Origin: Candidatus Heimdallarchaeum aukensis
Lineage (GTDB): Archaea > Asgardarchaeota > Heimdallarchaeia > Heimdallarchaeales > Heimdallarchaeaceae
Assembly: GCA_021513695.1 (NCBI GenBank)
Contig: CP084166.1
Coordinates: 64,001 to 128,000, forward strand
Direction of reading: 5' to 3'
DNA length: 64,000 bases
In this document: piece by piece, positions 57,304 to 64,000 of the stretch
Position numbering within the stretch: position 1 is the stretch's first letter
Layout: every line of letters starts with the position of its first letter
The notes under the pieces: model-generated
Databases searched by the model: none
The model's input: only the letters and a program-made list of their open reading frames with translations
What the model was told of the DNA's origin: nothing
Program-made: the position numbers and the translations under genes

Positions 57304-58356
57304 ATGTCTTATAAATGGAAATTTATTATTAATCCAAATAGTGGATCTCAACAATGTGCAAAAAGATGGAAAGAAGCAGAGGAAGTTGTAAAAAAACAAG
57401 AAATTGATTATGATGTTTCTTTCACCAGCGGACCAAAGCAAGCAAATATCTTTGCTGAAGAAGCTGTAAAAAATGGTTTTAACAGAATTGTTGTAGCAAG
57501 CGGAGATGGAACTTTAAATGAAGTAGTTAATGGTTTAATGAACTTATCTCCAGAACAAAGGAAAGAAGTAGCTTTAGGAGTTTTGCCTTTTGGAACAGGA
57601 AATGATTATGCTACTACGCTAGGTTTCCCATGGAATCCAAAAAATGCAATTGATGTTCTTTTCAATAAATCAGAAATCTCACCCGCTTCTATAGGGAAAA
57701 TTCATTTGGTTGATACAGGATATGAAAGATATTTCATTAACTTACTAGATGCAGGTATTTCTTCTGAAGTAGGTTTAGGAAACAAAAAAGGAGAATTAAA
57801 GTTCATCAAAAGTGCAAGTAGATATACTCTGCTAGCTCTGAAAAAATTAGTTACTATGAAACAAAGAAAAGCTGTTGTAACGATTGATGATGAAAAAAAA
57901 TACAATGTTAGGCTTATGTTGTTAATTTTTGGTAATGGAATTTCATTAGGAGGAGGAATGATAGGCTGCCCAGATGCACATCCACAAAAAGAATTATTTG
58001 ATTTCTTTTTAACAGAAAATTTTACCAAACTTAGAACACTAAAAGGATTGATGAAAATCTTCAATGGAGAGCATCTTAAAATCAAAGGAGGAATCTATTC
58101 TACAGCAAAAAAAATAGAAGTAGAATTAGAAGATGCTATTCCATTTGTCTGTGACGGAGAGTTAGATATTCCTGAATCAATTTCTACTCACTTAATCGGA
58201 GAAATCATTCCCCATGCTATAAATGTACTTTATTACAGGGATCATAAATCTATAAAGTGGTTAAGTAGAGAAGAACTTGATAAAGGATTAAGACCCCTAA
58301 AAAATCAATATTTGGTTCCTCATTCAGAATTCCGTAAATGGCAAGAAAAGAATTAA
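57304..58356 (+). CDS. Diacylglycerol-kinase catalytic-domain family lipid kinase (YegS/BmrU/sphingosine-kinase-like).
   Basis: IVVASGDGTLNEVVNGL is the (G)GDGT motif. GVLPFGTGNDYATTLG is the GTGNDxA motif. Confidence 0.75.
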   Translation: MSYKWKFIINPNSGSQQCAKRWKEAEEVVKKQEIDYDVSFTSGPKQANIFAEEAVKNGFNRIVVASGDGTLNEVVNGLMNLSPEQRKEVALGVLPFGTGNDYATTLGFPWNPKNAIDVLFNKSEISPASIGKIHLVDTGYERYFINLLDAGISSEVGLGNKKGELKFIKSASRYTLLALKKLVTMKQRKAVVTIDDEKKYNVRLMLLIFGNGISLGGGMIGCPDAHPQKELFDFFLTENFTKLRTLKGLMKIFNGEHLKIKGGIYSTAKKIEVELEDAIPFVCDGELDIPESISTHLIGEIIPHAINVLYYRDHKSIKWLSREELDKGLRPLKNQYLVPHSEFRKWQEKN

Positions 58357-58381
58357 AAAATTATTAAGCTTTTCAAACTTA

Positions 58382-59290
58382 TTAACTTCTTATCTTTTCT
58401 TTCCCTAAATAAGTTTCACAACCTTCAGTTGTTCTAGCTAAAGCAAGAAGTTTAGGTATTTTTTCAGGAATAAAGACCAGTTTACATTTAATTATTTTTC
58501 CTATGCTTTTCTCAAAATTTTGAACTGTAACTTCTTCCTCAAAAGTAAGTTTCTTGATTCTATAAAAAATCACTTTTTTAGGAGAAATTTGCTCTAAATC
58601 CTTATTAGAAACAGATAGTTCTTTTATATCTCTTATAATTAAAGGAAAAGTTCTAGTTTCTCGCTCAATAATTCGTATGTATTCAAATATTTCAAAGGTA
58701 GGAAGATAAAAAGCTAAAGTTTCTGAGAATAGTTCTCCTGTAGTTTTTTCTTCTTCTTTACTTTTAGCCAAAAAAGCATCATATACTTCTTTAGATACCT
58801 TTCTAATTGTTATATCTTTAAGTTTTTCAGGATCAGACGGGTAGATGTAACTCCCTTTTTTAATTACAAGACCTAGTTCAACAAGTTTAGGAACATCTCC
58901 CTTGAATTTAACATTATTACATTTTCTAATAGCATGAATAGTTTCAGATAATAATTTCCCGTCAACATCTTCACTAAAAATAAGATTGTTTATTCTTGTA
59001 AAGAAAAAGGTTTTCTTTCCTTTAAGTACTTCTAAGTCTTTTCTTGTTATTGTTAGTTCTTCTATATCTGAAATAACTTCAGGTCTTTCATGTCTTTTTA
59101 TTGGGTGAAATCGTTTTCGCGCTAATCTAAAAGGAGAAATGTTCTGATCTATGAATCCTGCAAAGAGAATGTTAAATAGTTGTCCTGTTGTTAGACCTTC
59201 TTTTTTTGCATAAGTTGAAAATTGATCATATAATTCTGAGTCTACATTTCTTATTGTAACATCTTTTAATTCTTTTTCACTGATTTCCAT
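58382..59290 (-). CDS. Internally duplicated protein: two copies of (ribbon-helix-helix-like module + ~100-aa unknown domain). It is a putative transcription regulator.
   Basis: Half 1 (LKDVTIRNVDSELYDQFSTYAKKEGLTTGQLFNILFAGF ... ITRKDLEVLKGKKTFFFTRINNLIFSEDV) aligns with half 2 (LKDITIRKVSKEVYDAFLAKSKEEEKTTGELFSETLAFY ... VSNKDLEQISPKKVIFYRIKKLTFEEEV). The RHH assignment is inferred from the beta-alpha-alpha pattern. Confidence 0.4.
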   Translation of the reverse strand: MEISEKELKDVTIRNVDSELYDQFSTYAKKEGLTTGQLFNILFAGFIDQNISPFRLARKRFHPIKRHERPEVISDIEELTITRKDLEVLKGKKTFFFTRINNLIFSEDVDGKLLSETIHAIRKCNNVKFKGDVPKLVELGLVIKKGSYIYPSDPEKLKDITIRKVSKEVYDAFLAKSKEEEKTTGELFSETLAFYLPTFEIFEYIRIIERETRTFPLIIRDIKELSVSNKDLEQISPKKVIFYRIKKLTFEEEVTVQNFEKSIGKIIKCKLVFIPEKIPKLLALARTTEGCETYLGKEKIRS

Positions 59291-59305
59291 GTTATCATAT
59301 GAGTG

Positions 59306-59322
59306 GTATGATTTGTATGATA
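59306..59322. promoter_or_regulatory. Paired direct repeat GTATGATTTGTATGATA, the promoter-proximal site for the 58382-59290 gene.
   Basis: Two GTATGAT heptamers sit 9 nt apart, start to start. The same arrangement recurs at 59410-59426. Confidence 0.35.
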
Positions 59323-59409
59323 TAAATATTTCTATTGTTTTTAAAGTCTCATAACAACTCCAATATATCTATGTATTATGGATAAAGAAATATTTAAAAA
59401 GTATAACTT

Positions 59410-59426
59410 GTATGATGTGTATGATA
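59410..59426. promoter_or_regulatory. Paired direct repeat GTATGATGTGTATGATA, upstream of the ABC exporter operon.
   Basis: This is the second copy of the GTATGAT-N2-GTATGATA element, about 20-35 nt upstream of the ATG at 59446. Confidence 0.35.
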
Positions 59427-59445
59427 AGGTGTAAGGGTATTTAAT

Positions 59446-61284
59446 ATGTTTGTAAAAAAAACGAAATCAGTTTATCAAAAATCAATGTACATAGATAAAC
59501 AATCTCTTATAATTGAGAAATATAAAAACGCTAATAAATGGTTCTGGTCTGCACTTTTGCGCTATCCTTTTCATTATTTGATTGGCTTTCTTTTGCTTAT
59601 TGTAAGTACTTATTTAACTGTAAACACAACTGCTCTCATAGGGACAGCTCTGGACTACTTACATGAAGAAGGTTTTTCAACTAATTTTAATAAAACTATT
59701 ACTTTAATGCTTATTTTTGTTCTTTTCAGCTGGATTGCTCAATCTTTGAGTGTTTATGTCTGGGCAATAGCTTCTTTCAGAATTCAGAGAGATATGCGTC
59801 AAGAATTTTATGAAGTCATTCAACAACACTCAATGGCTTTTTTTGATATTAATGATAGTGGAATTATTCTTAGCATGGGTATGAACGAAATAAATAGTAT
59901 TAGACTGGCTTTTAATCCTGCTTTAAGAATGTTATTGAGTTCAGTTGTAGGAATTATTATTTCCATCTTTTTCTTGTGGAGAGCTGATTTTTATATAGGT
60001 ATATCAATCTCTATAGCTTTTATAATATATTTTGTAATTGCTTGGATTTATGCTGGAAAGGTAGGCCCTATAAGGAAAAAGTTAGCAACTGATCTAAGTG
60101 AGCTATCTTCATTAAGTCAAGAGATGTTTAAAGGTATAGATACAGTCAGATCTTTTGATAATGAGGAAAAAGAGATAGCTAAGTTTGAGCACGTAAGTTA
60201 TCGATATGCTGAAGATATGAAAAAAGAAGGATATTTAAGCGCCTTCTATTGGCCTGCACTTATTACTGTTGTTTTTACTGCAGGAGCTTTTGCTTATGGG
60301 TCATGGATGGTAGTTAATAATTATTTTACGATCGGGACATTAATTACGATTCTAGCTTTGTTAATGTCTTTAAATAGACAAAATTTCATGATTCCTGCAA
60401 GGTTAATAATGCTTCAAGGGGGGATACAAAACGCAAAAAGATTGTGGGCTAAAATTTCATTCCAAGACCCATTAATAGAACCTTCAGATCCACTCACCGG
60501 TAATTGGGATAAAGGTATTGAGTTTAGGAATGTTAATTTTGCCTACCCAGGAACAAGTAAGTATTCGCTCCGTGATGTTTCCTTTAAAATACCTGTTGGA
60601 GCTCGTGTTGCCTTAATTGGAGGGCCAGGTTCTGGAAAATCTACTATTCTAAAACTTCTTTTACGTTTATATGATCCCAATGAAGGGGCTATATTTGTTA
60701 ATGGTACTCCTTTAAACCAAATGCACACTAAATATATAAGACAACATGTAACTTTAGTTGAACAAGAAATTTTTCTTTTTTCTGATACCATAAGAGCTAA
60801 TATCTCTTTTTCTAAACCTGATGCGACAGATGAGGAGATAAGAATTGCTGCAGAACGAGCTCAAATTGCTCAATTTATTGAATCTTTACCTCAAAAATAT
60901 GATACTGTTATAGGTGAAAGAGGAGTAACTTTAAGTGGTGGTCAAAGACAAAGAATAGCTATTGCTCGAGCACTACTCTCTAATCCTAAACTTCTGCTTT
61001 TAGATGATAGTACAAGTGCTGTAGATATAAAAACCGAGTTAAGATTACGTTATGCTATGGAAGAACTAATGAAAGGAAGAACAAGTGTAGTCGTTACTCA
61101 AAGATTAACAACTTTAGTGGAAGCTGATATGATTATTTTGATGAAAAAAGGAAAAGTTGTAGACATAGGAACTCATGAAGAGCTCTTAAGTCGTTGTGAA
61201 GAGTACCAGTTTATGTGTAAACATTTACCAATCAACAACGGATTAGAGCCTTCAGTTGCTGAAAGTGTTGGAGGTGGAAGATAA
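59446..61284 (+). CDS. ABC type-I exporter half-transporter (TMD-NBD), the subunit with the degenerate catalytic site.
   Basis: It has six TM helices. Walker A is GGPGSGKST and the signature is LSGGQRQRIAIARAL. Walker B is LLLDDSTSAVD, with Asp replacing the catalytic Glu. Confidence 0.85.
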   Translation: MFVKKTKSVYQKSMYIDKQSLIIEKYKNANKWFWSALLRYPFHYLIGFLLLIVSTYLTVNTTALIGTALDYLHEEGFSTNFNKTITLMLIFVLFSWIAQSLSVYVWAIASFRIQRDMRQEFYEVIQQHSMAFFDINDSGIILSMGMNEINSIRLAFNPALRMLLSSVVGIIISIFFLWRADFYIGISISIAFIIYFVIAWIYAGKVGPIRKKLATDLSELSSLSQEMFKGIDTVRSFDNEEKEIAKFEHVSYRYAEDMKKEGYLSAFYWPALITVVFTAGAFAYGSWMVVNNYFTIGTLITILALLMSLNRQNFMIPARLIMLQGGIQNAKRLWAKISFQDPLIEPSDPLTGNWDKGIEFRNVNFAYPGTSKYSLRDVSFKIPVGARVALIGGPGSGKSTILKLLLRLYDPNEGAIFVNGTPLNQMHTKYIRQHVTLVEQEIFLFSDTIRANISFSKPDATDEEIRIAAERAQIAQFIESLPQKYDTVIGERGVTLSGGQRQRIAIARALLSNPKLLLLDDSTSAVDIKTELRLRYAMEELMKGRTSVVVTQRLTTLVEADMIILMKKGKVVDIGTHEELLSRCEEYQFMCKHLPINNGLEPSVAESVGGGR

Positions 61285-63200
61285 TGGGACATGGAACTCG
61301 AGGACCTGGAAGAGCTCTAGGATTAGAGAAACATAAGCGTGCACGTTCTACTAAAGTTTTATTAGCTAGTTTGTGGAAATACTTGAAAAACTATATCTGG
61401 TCAATTTTCTTTGCTGCTTCTTTAATTATTCTTTATTCTCTATTTTCATTGGTTACTCCTTTAATACTTAAAACGGGCATAGATAAAGTCACAGAAGAAG
61501 ATGCTTCAATGAAAATCTTAATGCCAGTGATTGTCTCTTTCTTTGTATTGGTTATTTTAGGTTGGATAATTAACAGTATATCAACTATTATACTTACTAA
61601 AATAAATTCAAAGATGCTTCATGAAGTAAGAACAGACCTTTACAGAAAATTAAGTTACTCTGACATGTCCTATATCAAAAATGAACAATCAGGAAATATA
61701 ACTGCAAGGGTAACTTCAGATACTGGAGAATTGGCAACAGGGATACAAATATCAACTTCAATAGTTGCGCAGCTATTGTTGATCATAGGTTCTTTTGTCA
61801 TATTACTGGTTACAAATTGGGTAATAGCTTTGATTTCTATAGCTGCTGTCCCTATAGCTTTTGGAATAAGTTCAATTCTGAGTTATTTTGGAAGAAAAAT
61901 AGTTTTAAGAGTGAGAAGAGCTTTTGGCTATGTTTCAGGAAAGATGGCAGAAGGCTTAAGTGGAATTGCAGTAGCAAAATCGTTTAACAGAGAAGAAGAA
62001 CTAGCTACTGAATTGAGAGAATTAAACCAACAACACTATAATTATTCAAAGCAATTCGGATTTCTTATGATGTTTGTTATGCCATCCATTAGTGCATTAA
62101 GCTATGCTCTATTCACCTTGATCATTTATATGAGTGGATGGTTAAATAAAACTACAAATGTCATTAGTCTAGGAGATATTTATTTATCTATTAATTTATC
62201 TCAACAATTTCTCTTTCCGATTGTGATGCTAGCTATGTCTTTTCCTCAATTAGAATCTGCTTTTGGTGCAATGGATAGAATAATAGATATTTTTGATGCC
62301 AAACCTGCTATTTCTGATGCTCCTGATGCAAAATCTCTTCAAGAAGAAGATGATAGTGTACATTTTAAGAATGTAAGCTTTGCTTATAAAGAAGGAAATT
62401 ATGTGTTAAAGAATATCAACTTTTCGGCTAAACCAGGAGAATTAATAGCTGTAGTAGGACATACTGGAGCTGGAAAAACTACTTTGTTTTCCTATTTACT
62501 TCCTCGGTTCTATGATGTGACAGAAGGTGAGATATACATAGGTAACCAAAACATTAAGGAAGTAACACAGTCTTCTTTAAGACAGGCAATAGGCCTTGTT
62601 ACTCAAGAACCATTTCTTTTTTCTGGTACTGTTTATGAAAATATCATTTATGGAAAACCTGATGCTACAGAAGAAGAAGTGCGTAGTATCTGTGAAAGAA
62701 TAAATGCAGACGAATTTATTGAAGCTTTACAACATGGTTACAATACAAAAATAGTAGAAGGAGGAAAGAGACTATCTTCTGGTCAAAAACAAATAATTAC
62801 CATCGCAAGAACAATGTTGGCTAATCCCAGAATACTTGTTTTAGATGAAGCAACAAGCAGGTTAGATGCATATACAGAATCTTTGGTTCAAGCTGCACAA
62901 ATGGAATTATTCAAGGGAAGAACAACTTTTGTAATTGCTCATAGGTTATCAACAATTAAAGATGCTGACAGAATAATTGTACTTGATCATGGAAGGCTTG
63001 TAGAAGTAGGAACACATGAAGAATTAATGGAAAAGAAGGGAATATACCAAGACCTTTATACAACTTATTATGCCTATCAAGGATTAGAAAAAGTAGATAT
63101 TGATATTGAAGAATTGGAGCCTGAAATAGTGGAAAAACCAATAAAACCAAAGAAAAAACCTGCTCAATTCAAGTTAGATTCTAAGAAAAAGAAACCTTGA
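61284..63200 (+). CDS. ABC type-I exporter half-transporter (TMD-NBD), the partner subunit with a canonical Walker B.
   Basis: Walker A is GHTGAGKTT. The signature is LSSGQKQIITIARTM, which is degenerate. Walker B is LVLDEATSRLD. Its start overlaps the upstream stop (ATAATG). Confidence 0.85.
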   Translation: MGHGTRGPGRALGLEKHKRARSTKVLLASLWKYLKNYIWSIFFAASLIILYSLFSLVTPLILKTGIDKVTEEDASMKILMPVIVSFFVLVILGWIINSISTIILTKINSKMLHEVRTDLYRKLSYSDMSYIKNEQSGNITARVTSDTGELATGIQISTSIVAQLLLIIGSFVILLVTNWVIALISIAAVPIAFGISSILSYFGRKIVLRVRRAFGYVSGKMAEGLSGIAVAKSFNREEELATELRELNQQHYNYSKQFGFLMMFVMPSISALSYALFTLIIYMSGWLNKTTNVISLGDIYLSINLSQQFLFPIVMLAMSFPQLESAFGAMDRIIDIFDAKPAISDAPDAKSLQEEDDSVHFKNVSFAYKEGNYVLKNINFSAKPGELIAVVGHTGAGKTTLFSYLLPRFYDVTEGEIYIGNQNIKEVTQSSLRQAIGLVTQEPFLFSGTVYENIIYGKPDATEEEVRSICERINADEFIEALQHGYNTKIVEGGKRLSSGQKQIITIARTMLANPRILVLDEATSRLDAYTESLVQAAQMELFKGRTTFVIAHRLSTIKDADRIIVLDHGRLVEVGTHEELMEKKGIYQDLYTTYYAYQGLEKVDIDIEELEPEIVEKPIKPKKKPAQFKLDSKKKKP

Positions 63201-63337
63201 TCTTCCCTTCTTCTTTTTCTTAAATTGATATTCAGAAAAAGTGTTTATGGAATTCAATTTGGATTTTGAAATTTTTTTAATACATCAAGGTTGCAATTGA
63301 GAAATAATCATATAAATATCTTAACAATTATCAAATT

Positions 63338-63778
63338 ATGACATTTGATCCACGTTCAACCCAAGAAAAATTAGAAGACTATGTTTTATTTGCTCTTTTG
63401 TCAATTATCTTTCTAATCTTGTATATTATTGGAGGAACATTTGTTAGATTCGTTCTCTTACTTTTTATCGGTGTTATTGTTTTCAGTTATGTAATCTCAA
63501 AAATAGTTAAGATATTTACAGAATCTAAAGTGGGATTATCAGTTTCTTATTGGGGTAACGAGATTCTTTATACTCTATTCGGTATTCCTCTTTTGGTTAT
63601 TGCTATTTTCTATTTACCAGTAGCTGTTTTTTTGATGTTTTTTGGAAATACTGAATTTCCAGTAACTGATTTAATTAAATGGGGTACTCTTGTAATAACT
63701 GTCACTCTACAAATTAGCTCACTTACTGTCTTTTTGATAAGAGTAAGAAAAGATAAAAAATCTAAAGAAGAGGAATAA
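63338..63778 (+). CDS. Small integral membrane protein (146 aa, about 4 TM helices).
   Basis: It has hydrophobic helices and a basic C-terminal tail (RVRKDKKSKEEE). Confidence 0.45.
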   Translation: MTFDPRSTQEKLEDYVLFALLSIIFLILYIIGGTFVRFVLLLFIGVIVFSYVISKIVKIFTESKVGLSVSYWGNEILYTLFGIPLLVIAIFYLPVAVFLMFFGNTEFPVTDLIKWGTLVITVTLQISSLTVFLIRVRKDKKSKEEE

Positions 63779-64000
63779 TTAGTTATTTTTATTATTTTCA
63801 GAAAGAATATCTTCTATAGTCAATATTCTACTTACTCTTTTTTGGTAATTTGCTCTTAATCTTTCTAAATTCTCATATAGATAGTTAATCCTTCTACTAT
63901 TTTGCAGTATTATTCGTTCTTTGTATTCTTTTTTATCATTACTAAACACATATCTAATGAATTTAAATATTGACATATTGTGTTCTTTAGCAATAATATT
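63779..64000 (-). CDS. 3' end of a minus-strand ORF that probably continues beyond the window end.
   Basis: The frame is open from 64000 down to the stop at 63779. The track ATG at 63976 may be internal. Confidence 0.2.
   Translation of the reverse strand, partial: NIIAKEHNMSIFKFIRYVFSNDKKEYKERIILQNSRRINYLYENLERLRANYQKRVSRILTIEDILSENNKNN

Noticed and set aside
1-64000. Search for tRNA/rRNA genes, and for CRISPR arrays other than the repeat block already rejected above.
   Set aside because: No GC-rich cloverleaf-sized islands exist in any intergenic region. There are no arrays of short identical direct repeats. All intergenic regions are short and AT-rich.

Overview
The window is AT-rich (roughly 30% GC), gene-dense and clearly archaeal. 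One protein has a class III (type IV pilin-like) signal peptide (KRGVSPVIAVVLIL), promoters resemble TTTATATA boxes, and terminators are oligo-T tracts. The domain content looks like a Lokiarchaeia-like Asgard archaeon, but this is inference: giant surface proteins with thrombospondin-type-3-like and integrin-alpha-like repeats, a Rab/Ras-like small GTPase, and roadblock/LC7-like proteins.

Main content, 5'->3':
- A partial quinolinate synthase (nadA, minus strand) sits divergent from an NAD-kinase-like domain fused to a C-terminal winged-helix domain.
- Two translationally coupled giant surface proteins follow (2068 and 2669 aa). The first carries about 25 DxDxDGxxDxxE calcium-binding repeats. 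The second carries FG-GAP/integrin-alpha-like propeller blades and BNR motifs.
- Next come a small GTPase, a tandem-duplicated bacterioferritin-like protein, two small coiled-coil ORFs and a serine recombinase.
- A housekeeping block follows: an eIF2B-like isomerase, an alpha/beta hydrolase, an MtaD-like deaminase, a radical SAM protein, a GNAT, an SDR and a CocE/NonD hydrolase.
- A surface-protein operon pairs Ig-like domains with a class-III-signal protein carrying about nine tandem repeats of roughly 82 aa.
- A secreted clan-CD cysteine peptidase carries a CUB-like domain.
- A MacB/FtsX-type ABC transporter has a 1432-aa permease. Its locus contains a perfect in-frame 3810-bp tandem duplication (37531-41340 = 41341-45150). 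The duplication leaves a truncated ATPase copy and a 5'-truncated permease copy.
- The remaining genes are a HAD hydrolase, a DUF362/ferredoxin protein, several hypothetical proteins, two roadblock-like proteins (one fused to TPR repeats), a GNAT fused to a roughly 930-aa unknown domain, a DAGK-type lipid kinase, a duplicated RHH-like putative regulator and a heterodimeric ABC exporter with one degenerate ATP site.

I found no tRNA, rRNA or CRISPR array. Several track ORFs start with TTG or GTG, so I refined those starts to the first in-frame ATG where I could count it.
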